Positions 18,667 through 28,120 of a stretch of 64,000 bases of DNA are shown in pieces (positions within the stretch are counted from its first letter, which is position 1; each line of letters begins with the position of its first letter). The notes under the pieces were generated by a model, which made no database searches, was not told where the DNA came from, and saw nothing but the letters and a program-made list of their open reading frames with translations. The stretch lies in assembly GCA_963780545.1 (NCBI GenBank), contig CAWACK010000008.1, forward strand, positions 62,152 through 126,151. The letters run 5' to 3'. Both the position numbers and the translations under genes were made by a program. This stretch comes from Candidatus Bathyarchaeota archaeon (lineage in GTDB: Archaea; Thermoproteota; Bathyarchaeia; TCS64).

Positions 18667-18846
18667 ATGAAAGATTTGATTAGACCAATAATGGACCCCT
18701 CTAAGCCTAAGCTCTGCCTATTCGCGTGGCGTTGCATCAAGTACACAGCAAACGCGGCGGCGTGCAACCGCGAGGGTGGTGGTCCCTTCTGCGGGGAATG
18801 GAGAAACTTCAACGGATATCACACTAAAACCCCACCAAGGAATTGA
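18667..18846 (+). CDS. Small Cys-rich hypothetical protein
   Basis: 59 aa (or 51 aa from ATG 18691): ...KPKLCLFAWRCIKYTANAAACNREGGGPFCGEW..., with four Cys. TATA-like ATTATAAA/CTATAAA lies just upstream. Confidence 0.35.
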   Translation: MKDLIRPIMDPSKPKLCLFAWRCIKYTANAAACNREGGGPFCGEWRNFNGYHTKTPPRN

Positions 18847-18938
18847 AGGCATTATAAAACACTCATATTTTGTTGAAGTAAATCATCAATTAGAGTGCTC
18901 GAACCTCTTTTAACCTCAATTTCCCGATTCCTAACTAA

Positions 18939-20153
18939 GTGGGAGTCTTGGCGGTCTCCGTAACTGAATGGGTGGAGGATCACAGAAACGAGGCGATCCA
19001 GCTACTACAGGAGCTTATCAAGGTGCCTAGCCCAAGTGGCCACGAGAAGGCGTGCGGTGAAAAGCTCGCTGAGACGATGCGTGCCAATGGCTTTGACGAG
19101 GTCAGAGTCGACAACCTCGGGGATGCGATGGGAGAGTTGAAGGGATCCGAGAGTGGTCGCAGCCTCCTCATGAACGGGCACATTGACCATGTTCCACCAG
19201 GTGACATGGTCGATCCATACTCAGGTAAGCTCATGGACGGTGCACCCTTCGGAGCCTCGGGAGAAGTCATCTACGGACGCGGTGCCAGCGACATGAAGGC
19301 GGGAGTAGCCGCGATGGTTATGGCTGGGGCTTACCTCAGAGACGTTGATGTCAAACTGAAAGGCGATTATAAGCTCGCAGCTGTCGCTCAGGAGGAGTTG
19401 GGGGGTGAGGGAACAATATCAACAATTGAAAAAGACCGGTTCCTCGGAGACGTCGTCCTCATCGGGGAAGCGACGAATATGGGACTCGCTTTAGGTCACA
19501 GGGGCTCCATGAGAATGAGCATCGTCGTTAGGGGGAGAAGCTGCCATGCGAGCGCGCCCGAGAGGGGCATAAACGCACTCTACAAGGCCACCGAACTTAT
19601 CACCAGAATAAGAAATGAACTCATCCCAAAGCTCCCATACGACCCCCTATACGGAAAGACGAGTCTCGCCGTAACAACGATGGAGGTGAAGCCTGGCACA
19701 TTCAACGTCATTCCCGAGGAGTGCCGATTCCAAATCGACTGTCGTAACACCCCCAACTACCAGGCAGACCAACTATACATCGACCTCCAAGACCTCATCA
19801 GAGACCAGTCCACGAAGGATTCCGACTTTAACGCCACTATCATCTCAACTCCCACGATAAACGGCAAGAGGGGTTTCACCGGCTTTTACACTGACCCGAA
19901 TGCTTTCCCAGTAGTTGAGGAGGTGGAGTCCGCAATCGAAGCGATACAAAAAGAGAAACCAGTTAGGAAAACCTGGACATTTGCTACCGACGGTCGTTTC
20001 TACAGTTGGTTAGGTAAACCTGTAGTCGGCTTCGGCCCCGGGGAGGAACGTTTTGCCCATACAGCAATGGACCACGTAAAGGTAGATGATTATCTCGATG
20101 CAATCAAGGTCTATGTTTCTATAGCCGAGAAAATTTGTGGGGTGAACCCTTGA
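18939..20153 (+). CDS. M20 family peptidase/deacylase
   Basis: 404 aa, GTG start, with GHIDHVPPGD, ASDMKAG and AQEELGGEG. Confidence 0.85.
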   Translation: MGVLAVSVTEWVEDHRNEAIQLLQELIKVPSPSGHEKACGEKLAETMRANGFDEVRVDNLGDAMGELKGSESGRSLLMNGHIDHVPPGDMVDPYSGKLMDGAPFGASGEVIYGRGASDMKAGVAAMVMAGAYLRDVDVKLKGDYKLAAVAQEELGGEGTISTIEKDRFLGDVVLIGEATNMGLALGHRGSMRMSIVVRGRSCHASAPERGINALYKATELITRIRNELIPKLPYDPLYGKTSLAVTTMEVKPGTFNVIPEECRFQIDCRNTPNYQADQLYIDLQDLIRDQSTKDSDFNATIISTPTINGKRGFTGFYTDPNAFPVVEEVESAIEAIQKEKPVRKTWTFATDGRFYSWLGKPVVGFGPGEERFAHTAMDHVKVDDYLDAIKVYVSIAEKICGVNP

Positions 20154-20230
20154 GCATAGCCTACGTTCGATATTCCTTCATATACAAACGACCTTTTACA
20201 TTTTGGCTGCGTAGCTAGAGTGACGGGCAT

Positions 20231-21244
20231 ATGAACAGCCGTGACCGAGTCATAAAAGCCGTGGAACATGGCAGCCCTGATCGTGTGCCCAACGGCTGCT
20301 ACGCGTTACCATCCAGCTATAGTCAACACTGCGGTAAGTTGGAGCAAATATTCCAACGCTATCCTAGCGACTTCCACCAGTTTGTGACCAGCTGGGCGAC
20401 GGTGGCAGGTGACAGCATCCCCTACAAGGGAGGCTTCAACAGGGACCCTTGGGGCGTCGTGTGGAGGAACTTAACACCCGGGATCTATGGACGCGTATCC
20501 GAATACCCTCTAGCGAACCTTGAAAAGCTTGAAGGCTACGTGCCCCCAGACCCGACCCAACTTGTTGACTTCGGGGAGGTCGAGAGGAGCATCCGAGTAA
20601 AAGACCACGACCACTATGTACTAGGCGACTCCGAGAATTTCTTCGAGCGCCTCCACTTCCTTCACGGCTTCGAGCCCACCTTAATCGACCTCATAAGAGG
20701 CAAGAGGGAGCTCCTTAGGCTCATCGACTTGCTTTTCGATTTCAAGATGAGGTTCATAAAGCGGTGGCTCGAGCTAGACATCGATGGCTTATATTTCCTG
20801 GACGACTGGGGGACGATGCAGGGTTTAATGATCAACCCAGGCCTATGGCGCCGGATATTCAAGCCACTATACAGAGAGATGTTCAACACCGTTCACGGAT
20901 CCGGGAAGAATGTGTTCTTTCACAGTGACGGGTACGTCGTGGACATCATTCCCGACCTTATTGAGATAGGGGTCGACGCGCTGAACATCCAAGTGAATCT
21001 AATAGGCATCGACGTCTTAGGAGAGAGGTTCGGTGGAAAAGTCTGTATCCTAGCCGACGTTGACCGTCAGCGCATCCTCCCGTTCGGTTCAACGCAGGAG
21101 GTCGAAGAGCACGTGAGGCACATTATCAGGGTGCTGGGCTCGAAAAGCGGCGGACTTGTATCCTGGGGTGAGGTGGGCCCAGATGTTCCACTGCGGAATG
21201 TGGAAACGATGCTTAGCACATTTGAGAGATATGGTAAATATTAA
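20231..21244 (+). CDS. Uroporphyrinogen decarboxylase (URO-D) family protein
   Basis: 337 aa with a TIM-barrel URO-D/MtaA-like C-terminal half (FFHSDGYVVDIIPDLIEIGVDALNIQ). Confidence 0.6.
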   Translation: MNSRDRVIKAVEHGSPDRVPNGCYALPSSYSQHCGKLEQIFQRYPSDFHQFVTSWATVAGDSIPYKGGFNRDPWGVVWRNLTPGIYGRVSEYPLANLEKLEGYVPPDPTQLVDFGEVERSIRVKDHDHYVLGDSENFFERLHFLHGFEPTLIDLIRGKRELLRLIDLLFDFKMRFIKRWLELDIDGLYFLDDWGTMQGLMINPGLWRRIFKPLYREMFNTVHGSGKNVFFHSDGYVVDIIPDLIEIGVDALNIQVNLIGIDVLGERFGGKVCILADVDRQRILPFGSTQEVEEHVRHIIRVLGSKSGGLVSWGEVGPDVPLRNVETMLSTFERYGKY

Positions 21245-21348
21245 GTATCAAAATACATGCTCATCGCACACGCCAATTAATCGAAATGAAAAGCAAGTCA
21301 CGCCTAAGCTTCATCTAGCCTCCCGACTTAGTATGACTAGGTGTGTTC

Positions 21349-21900
21349 ATGGCGACGCTGGCTGGAGATCTATTCATAGAAGATACGAAGACTCAGTGCA
21401 AGACCCTCAAACAAACCATCGAGAGAGCCCTCGCGCAGGTTAGCGACGAGGAGTTCTTCAGGAAGCCGGGGGAGGAGTCCCACAGCATATCGGTGCTGGT
21501 TAAACACGTCGGGGGAAGCCTCCGTAGCAGATTTACGAACTATCTTACAGAGGATGGGGAGAAACCTGACAGGGATAGGGAGAACGAATTCCACATCCTA
21601 GAGGGGGAGAACAGGGCTATTTTGATGGGGAAATGGGAAGACGGGTGGAGTAGGCTCCTAGGAACCCTTGACGAGTTGAAGGGAGACGACCTCACACGTG
21701 AAATACAGGTGCGGTGGAAGAAGCAACCCGCCCTCGAGGGCATCTACCAGCAGGTCCTCCACGCCGCCCAGCATGGGGGGCAGATTATCTACCTCTCCAA
21801 ACTCTATAAGGGACACGACTGGAAGTACCTCACGATCCCCCCGGGAAAATCGGAGGAGTTCAACGAGCAGAAGCGCCGCGAAGCCGGCATTATCAAGTGA
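21349..21900 (+). CDS. DinB/DUF1572-like four-helix-bundle protein
   Basis: About 183 aa with HxxxH-type His residues (VLVKHVGGS..., VLHAAQHGGQIIY). Pattern resembles the DinB superfamily. Confidence 0.5.
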   Translation: MATLAGDLFIEDTKTQCKTLKQTIERALAQVSDEEFFRKPGEESHSISVLVKHVGGSLRSRFTNYLTEDGEKPDRDRENEFHILEGENRAILMGKWEDGWSRLLGTLDELKGDDLTREIQVRWKKQPALEGIYQQVLHAAQHGGQIIYLSKLYKGHDWKYLTIPPGKSEEFNEQKRREAGIIK

Positions 21901-21996
21901 ATTCCTTCTCATGTTCGTCGCCTATGCATCGTTGTATACTGGATCACATATGCCAAAAATGTAAAGATTCTCGCCTAATAGGCTGAATACTTCAGA

Positions 21997-22638
21997 ATGC
22001 TTATCTGGAATCCGATTGAGTTGTCATCAATGTCGCAGCCTAATAATTGGGGCTGGGTAAACGTTCGAGACCAGATACGCGCGCTAGCAGGCAAACTGGG
22101 ATTCCCCCCAGTAGAATACCTCGATTTCCTGAAGATCAGACTCGACTTGAATAACGGGAAAATGCTTGATCAATTCAAGAATATGGAGCTCGATGCAAGT
22201 GACCAAAATCAGGGTTTCCTGATCAAGACCGCATATTATATCCTCTTAGGATACGCTGGGGCCCGAAGCGTCGAGTTGACGGGGAGACTCATCGCCTACA
22301 GAAACCTGAGAGGCGCTAAATTCGGGGACTTCTCAAACAATTTAGCGCGCGAGAAACTCATGACACTATTTGTGGGTGGCGACACAAAGATTAGGCAAGC
22401 TGTCAGACTCCTAGGCGGTCTAGGGGTCGACTTTCCGTACGGCGACTACGCCTTCAAGATCAACGCGTTGCCACTCATCCCATTAACCTTCGTCATCTCA
22501 TCAGGCGACGAAGAGTTCCCCGCTGACGCGAGGATATTCTACGATGAAAGCATAGAGAACTACCTCGATGTTGAGAGGATAAATTTTCTCACCAACCTTA
22601 CAATTGCCAGATTAGATGATGGGATAGAAATACTATAG
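21997..22638 (+). CDS. Conserved hypothetical protein (possibly DUF3786-like)
   Basis: 213 aa. The C-terminal ...FPADARIFYDESIENYLDVE... is reminiscent of DUF3786. Assignment is from memory only. Confidence 0.3.
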   Translation: MLIWNPIELSSMSQPNNWGWVNVRDQIRALAGKLGFPPVEYLDFLKIRLDLNNGKMLDQFKNMELDASDQNQGFLIKTAYYILLGYAGARSVELTGRLIAYRNLRGAKFGDFSNNLAREKLMTLFVGGDTKIRQAVRLLGGLGVDFPYGDYAFKINALPLIPLTFVISSGDEEFPADARIFYDESIENYLDVERINFLTNLTIARLDDGIEIL

Positions 22639-22722
22639 CCTCTGAAAACACTAATTAAGCCAACCTCATGAAAGTCCCAATTCGTTGTTACTAATTGAGT
22701 ATTCTTCTACGATGACACGCGA

Positions 22723-24372
22723 TCAAAGGTAACGTACGCGTGCAGGAGGGTGCTCTGTTTTATCTGTCACTACGTCTACGATGGAGGGCAAACCCGAATT
22801 GAAAGCACTCTTTAGAGCTTCCCCTATTTCTCCCGCCTTCTCAACTCTGACCCCGTAGCAACCAAAGCCTTCTGCTATCTTCGCGTAGTTTAGCTCTGTG
22901 AAGGGGAAATCCTCGTTACCTAACACAGAGTTGTTATTGACGACGGTCACCATGGGGGCACGTTGATCATTATACCTCTTCGCGGTCTCCAAGTCTGCCA
23001 AGTTGTAGCCCATACCGCCGTCTCCGGTCAAATGGATGACTCTCCGATTCTTCCCAGCGGCGAACGAAGCACCAATTGCCAAGGCGAAGCTAGAGCCCAA
23101 TGTCCCTCCCGCCGGGAGGTAACTAATACCTGTATCATTAAACTTTAGGAAACGAATGGTCCAGCTGAGCATGCTTCCCGTGTCGCTCACGACGATGTCT
23201 CCTCTACGAATGAACTTTGATACCTCCTTCATTAGTCGTTGCGGTTTTATCGGGACTGCATCAGAATCAAGCTGCGTAATTGATTCCTCGTATTCTTTGA
23301 CTCTTCTTGATAACTCCTCAAGTCTTCCACCATTCTCTAGTGGTTTAGTTTTAAAAGTCTCAAGAGTCGCCAACAATTCTTGCAGGGTTGCCTTGGCGTC
23401 TCCAACCAAGGCCACTTTGGTTCTGTAGTTTCTGCCAATCGCCGTTGGGTCGATGTCCAAGTGTATTATCTTGGAGGTCCCAGGTTGAGGAGAGGTGAAC
23501 TCTTCCATCTGCATACGACCGGCCCTGGTCCCGAGTAGAAATATGAGGTCAGCCTCACGCACAATGTCGTTTGTGACTGGTCGCCCATATGTGCCCATCA
23601 CCCCCATGTATAGTGGATGATCTTCGGGGAAACAGCCTTTTCCGTTGGGGTTAGTTACGATTGGTATACTAAGTTTCTCTGCTAGGGCAAGCAACTCTTC
23701 GCTGGCATCGGAAAGACGCACACCGCTGCCGCATACTATTACTGGATTACGGGAGTTGATCAGGAGTTCTGCGGCTTCCGTGATTCTCTCCTTCTCAGCC
23801 CTCGGTCTGAATGGTGGGACCCTTTGAAAAACTTCATCTCCATAGATCTCCGGCATCTCAGCAATTTCATCGGCCATATCAGTGTGCATACTGATGTGTG
23901 TGGGTCCTGGGCATCCACTCACGGCAACTTGAACCGCTGTACGTAGATATTCCGCAAGCCTTGAGACGTCTGTTACATCCGCGTTAAACTTGCACGTTGG
24001 CTCGAAGTACTTCATCTCATAGCATTCCTGATACGACCATGAATCCTTCTTCAGAGTCGGATAGGAGCCTGTTAATGCAACGACAGGGCTGTGGGCAAAC
24101 ATGGGCTCATACAACATTGATGCGAGGATTGCTGCGGCTGCGCCATGCTGACCATAGCAGACAGTTGGCTTCTTGGTCACACGAGCGTAACCATCCGCCA
24201 TGTTGGTGGCCGCCTTCTCATTTCGACATAGAACAGTCTTAACCCCTGCGTCTTCTATCTGGGAGTAGATCATCATCCCACCCATAACGTAGAAGAAGAA
24301 CTCCACCCCTGATTCCTTCAGCGCCCTGGCAACGGCCTCTGCCCCCGTTAATCTAACCATCTTCATCATCAA
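22723..24372 (-). CDS. Thiamine-diphosphate-dependent enzyme (acetolactate synthase large-subunit-like)
   Basis: 549 aa with the ThDP motif GDGGMGYNLADLETAKRYNDQRAPMVTVVNNNS (GDG-x-NN). Confidence 0.85.
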   Translation of the reverse strand: MMMKMVRLTGAEAVARALKESGVEFFFYVMGGMMIYSQIEDAGVKTVLCRNEKAATNMADGYARVTKKPTVCYGQHGAAAAILASMLYEPMFAHSPVVALTGSYPTLKKDSWSYQECYEMKYFEPTCKFNADVTDVSRLAEYLRTAVQVAVSGCPGPTHISMHTDMADEIAEMPEIYGDEVFQRVPPFRPRAEKERITEAAELLINSRNPVIVCGSGVRLSDASEELLALAEKLSIPIVTNPNGKGCFPEDHPLYMGVMGTYGRPVTNDIVREADLIFLLGTRAGRMQMEEFTSPQPGTSKIIHLDIDPTAIGRNYRTKVALVGDAKATLQELLATLETFKTKPLENGGRLEELSRRVKEYEESITQLDSDAVPIKPQRLMKEVSKFIRRGDIVVSDTGSMLSWTIRFLKFNDTGISYLPAGGTLGSSFALAIGASFAAGKNRRVIHLTGDGGMGYNLADLETAKRYNDQRAPMVTVVNNNSVLGNEDFPFTELNYAKIAEGFGCYGVRVEKAGEIGEALKSAFNSGLPSIVDVVTDKTEHPPARVRYL

Positions 24373-24523
24373 TCACATTGCAACTCTGATTCTGGAGATA
24401 AATTATTAGCTAATAATTGTCAAAATGATTGAAGGTAAAGCCACCATAACTAAAAATATCTGTATAAATGCGTGTGTTGGGAAGCGTGAAATAGCATTCA
24501 TCCGCATATAATCCCTGATTAAA

Positions 24524-25361
24524 ATGGGTAGACTCGACGGGAAGGTCGCAGTAATCACCGGCGCAACTGGAGGAATAGGAAAGGCGAGCGTCCACCTATT
24601 CGCAGCGGAAGGTGCGAAAGTCATCGCCGCGGATGTGGAGGATGGAAGAGGAAGAATTCTAGAGGAGAAACTCAAAGGCAGAGTCATCTACAGACACACA
24701 GACGTCTCAAATGAGGCAGACGTAAAGGATGCAGTTAAGGCCGCGGTTGACACATGGGGCCACCTCGACGTCTCTGTTCAACAACGCAGGCATCGTTGGC
24801 GCAGTCGGCCCTATCGAAGACGTCTCAGTCGAGGACTTCGACAGGACACTCAGGGTTAATCTCAGGGGCGTCTTCCTGGGCATCAAGCACGCAGCACCTG
24901 TGATGAGGAGGCAAGGCTTTGGCAGCATCATAAATACCGCGAGCACCGCAGCGGTCCTTGCCGGCTTCGGTAACCACATCTACAGCGCCTCAAAGGCTGG
25001 CATAGTTCAGTTGACGCGCAGCGTCTCAATGGAGCTGGGGGAGGCGGGGATAAGGGTGAACTGCGTGAGCCCCGGGTATATCCCAACTCCCATGATTGTA
25101 TTGTCGCGCACACGCCTGACACGTGACCAGGCGGAGGCGAAGATGCACGTGGTCGAGGACGCCTTCAGGGACATCCAGCCCCTTAGGGGACCCATAATGC
25201 CTGAGGAGGTAGCCAAGGCAGCCCTATTTCTGGCGAGTGACGATTCAAGGTTCGTCACCGGGCAGAACATCTTCGTCGACGGAGGCGTCACGGGGGGTAA
25301 GATGTGGAGGGACTACCAGGAGGGCAGCATAGCCCTCAGGGAAGCCCTCGAGAATAATTAA
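24524..25361 (+). pseudogene. Short-chain dehydrogenase/reductase, frameshifted
   Basis: TGATGGIGKA lies in the first frame. NNAG, YSASK and PGYIPTP lie in the second frame. Junction near 24768-24778 (GHLDV | FNNAGIVG). Confidence 0.75.
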
Positions 25362-25485
25362 CTCTATAGTGTCGATGCTAGATGCAGCTATATGGAGCGC
25401 GCATCGTCATTAATAAGAACTGAAACCTCATCAAGAAGACCAAACCAGCACTCTGAGGCGCGCATTAGAATATGACGAATCAAAC

Positions 25486-26232
25486 CTAAACCGTGTACTG
25501 GCTAGCGGACTTTTTCCCTATCGACTCAAACTCCTCGAAGGCTTCGATGAGGCAGTACCTCCCAGCGTTCTCGGTGAAGAGGCTGAAGACGTAATCGGTC
25601 CCCTTCTCCGCCTCAATCATCGTCAGGAGGTTCGGTGGGAAGAAGTTTACAGTGAGCCTATCCCAGATCATGTCAAGCTTCGGGACACCAGCATATCGGA
25701 GGGCGACGAAACTCCGGAAGTGAGTAACCATATCGACGTAGTGGCTGGCATTAAGGTTGGCGAGCTCAGCCACCGTCTTTATGCAGTCGGTACCCTCCCC
25801 ATCCCTTATGAACTCCAGTGCCTTCTCAAGCTTATCCTTGTGCTCACGGAGCATGTGATCCCGAGTCATTCTCAGAAGCTTGTCTCCACCGACCCAGTCG
25901 TCAGCGTGGAGAACTTCGTGAACAGCACTGTAGAGGGATAGAGTAGACGCGAGCTCGGGGATGTCTAGGGGCCTGTCGCTGAAGGGTAGGTTCCTGTCGA
26001 GCAGGATGGTCGAGGGAGGCGAAAAGCAACCGAAGTCCATTCCATACTGGTTACCTCTAATGTTAATGAGGGAGTCGGCGAAGCATTCGCCCTCATTCAG
26101 CCTCTCTTTGGTCTCCTCTATGTTGTAACTGAGTGGTAAGTTAAGCCTAAGCTGGGCCTCGCGGATGAGTTCGATTGAGCCAATGACCAGCCTCCGAACA
26201 TCCTCGTCCGTCAGCTGCCTCCGCTCAATCAA
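25486..26232 (-). CDS. Hypothetical protein with HExxH motif
   Basis: 248 aa with a single HEVLH motif (YSAVHEVLHADDW) and no TM segment. Family not recognised. Confidence 0.45.
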   Translation of the reverse strand: MIERRQLTDEDVRRLVIGSIELIREAQLRLNLPLSYNIEETKERLNEGECFADSLINIRGNQYGMDFGCFSPPSTILLDRNLPFSDRPLDIPELASTLSLYSAVHEVLHADDWVGGDKLLRMTRDHMLREHKDKLEKALEFIRDGEGTDCIKTVAELANLNASHYVDMVTHFRSFVALRYAGVPKLDMIWDRLTVNFFPPNLLTMIEAEKGTDYVFSLFTENAGRYCLIEAFEEFESIGKKSASQYTV

Positions 26233-26451
26233 TGAATATCTTCTGAGTAAACGAGAACCCCCTTAAAAGTGCGATGGTGTAATTATAGTATAAATACACG
26301 ACGACTGTCGTATATGAGACATAACTACTTTATCCCAACCTTATCGCCCTCAACAAGGCTCAATACGCGAGCGTCAAATCGGCTTCGAATACGGAGGCGA
26401 TTATCAGGGAAAGCAAACGGTAATAACGCTGAATGTCTCCTAATCGATAGA

Positions 26452-26904
26452 ATGACCCTCGAAGAGTGGCTCACAGAGCACAAAGTTTGGCACAGATTCG
26501 TCGAGAAGAAGGAGACCGTCCACACCGCCGACGCATCCCAGGCGACTGGGATAGACCTCCACAGGATCACCAAGAACCTCGTCTCCGTCACAGACAACGG
26601 AGACCATGTAGTAATAATCGTCCCTGGAGACAAGAAGGTCAACCTGAGGAAGGCGGCGGCTGCCCTCGGCGTCAAAAACGTCCACCTAATGCCCTTCGAA
26701 AAATCTGAGGCCCTCAGCGGTTACCCTCCAGGGGGAACCCCAAGCCTAGGCTACACGACCAAGATGAGGGTCGTTGTCGACGAGGAACTGAAGAAGTTCA
26801 AGACCTTCTACTGCGGCGGCGGAAGCCGAGACAGACTTCTAGAGGTCAGGTTTGAGGACGTTGTCAGGCTCAACGACGCCGTCGTCGCCCCAATCACTTC
26901 TTAG
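26452..26904 (+). CDS. YbaK/EbsC-type aminoacyl-tRNA deacylase domain protein
   Basis: 150 aa from ATG 26452: ...VHTADASQATGIDLHRITKNLV...YCGGGSRDRLL. The upstream part of ORF 26269 looks non-coding. Confidence 0.7.
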   Translation: MTLEEWLTEHKVWHRFVEKKETVHTADASQATGIDLHRITKNLVSVTDNGDHVVIIVPGDKKVNLRKAAAALGVKNVHLMPFEKSEALSGYPPGGTPSLGYTTKMRVVVDEELKKFKTFYCGGGSRDRLLEVRFEDVVRLNDAVVAPITS

Positions 26905-27746
26905 AGTCTCAGCCCATATGGCAGGGGTTTACCATCTAAGTAGACGACTCCCTTATCCAAAGCGAATCGTCCCTCACTTATCATCTGGACCGTAAGCGGG
27001 TAGATCTCCCAGTCGCCCTCCCGCTTAAGGCGATCCTGATGCTCCTCCACAACGGTCTTCAGTAGCTCCCTATCATCCCTCAACCTCTCCAGTGTGACAC
27101 CGCCTGGGAGCCTGACCTCAACTGGTCTGGAGAGGACGAGGATCTCACCATGATCCACCTTTTCTCGGACGATGTGAGTCGTAGCCCTTAGCACCTTCTC
27201 TCCTCCAAGGATCGCGTCCCTGACCGTGTTCACGCCGACGTACTTCCTTTCACCGCCAACCATAAGCGAGAGATCAGCGGGATGAACGTTTACAATCCTC
27301 CCTTCGTATCGGTCAAGCAGCGGTTTGGTCGTGATGCTCATATAGCCTGCTAGGGCGATCAGATCGACGTTGTGCCCCTCGATGGCATCAACGACGAGTC
27401 TATCGAAATCGGGGCGGAGGCTAAGATCCCTCTTTGAGGTCTGACCTCGAGATTTATAAAAGTCCATGATGTCGACGCACTCGTACTCGATCCCGAACTC
27501 CTTGGCGATGTCGAGAGCCCTACAAGCTTTAACTCCATCTCTGCCAAGAGTTCCATCCTTTACATCCGTGAATATCAGCTCAACCTTAAAACTGGCACCA
27601 TACGTCTGGCTCCTCTCAATGATCTTCCTCGCATTGGTTCCTGAGCCTGACATGAAACAGGCAACCCGCATGGTTTGCCCCGGCTCGGGTCTGTAGATTG
27701 GGGTTGGTGCCATGATGATACCTTCCCACGATGCCGAAATAAACAT
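26901..27746 (-). CDS. Formyltransferase family protein (PurN-like)
   Basis: SGSGTNARKII and NVHPADLS motifs plus a C-terminal extension. The start may be ATG 27713. Confidence 0.6.
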   Translation of the reverse strand: MFISASWEGIIMAPTPIYRPEPGQTMRVACFMSGSGTNARKIIERSQTYGASFKVELIFTDVKDGTLGRDGVKACRALDIAKEFGIEYECVDIMDFYKSRGQTSKRDLSLRPDFDRLVVDAIEGHNVDLIALAGYMSITTKPLLDRYEGRIVNVHPADLSLMVGGERKYVGVNTVRDAILGGEKVLRATTHIVREKVDHGEILVLSRPVEVRLPGGVTLERLRDDRELLKTVVEEHQDRLKREGDWEIYPLTVQMISEGRFALDKGVVYLDGKPLPYGLRL

Positions 27747-27832
27747 GCTGGGTCACTTTCTCCCGGCTCCCTCCCCGCTGATGCTAAGTCCGTTTTATAA
27801 CATATCTCCGGATGTTTATCTGCGGGGTTTAA

Positions 27833-27982
27833 ATGGCGCAGGATACGGTCGTTGAAATACCAAATCAAGAAGACGAATCAGCTCCAGTAGTGTGTAAGGG
27901 ATGCGGGAAAATCGTGCCTAAGACAAATCTATGCCTCTACTGTGGCTCACCCATCCTCTTCAAGAAACCCGCGCTCACCTAA
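27833..27982 (+). CDS. Small zinc-ribbon protein (below the ORF-track cut-off)
   Basis: 49 aa: MAQDTVVEIPNQEDESAPVVCKGCGKIVPKTNLCLYCGSPILFKKPALT, with CxxC-x11-CxxC. Confidence 0.45.
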   Translation: MAQDTVVEIPNQEDESAPVVCKGCGKIVPKTNLCLYCGSPILFKKPALT

Positions 27983-28120
27983 CGTACAGGCGTTCAACTT
28001 TTCTTCACTTCGCGGTTAGACCTTTTAGATCCAATTCAAGATTATTAAATAACTTAGGATTAACGCGTTTGAATGCGAGCACGCCAGCATGTACATAAAC
28101 CCGTGTACGCGAGTTTCAAC

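Noticed and set aside
5444-25466. Identical 10-mer GGCGCGCATT at 5444-5453 and 25457-25466 as a specific regulatory motif
   Set aside because: Many identical 10-mer pairs are expected by chance in 64 kb. Only the broader intergenic enrichment of (CG)n tracts is retained as a finding.
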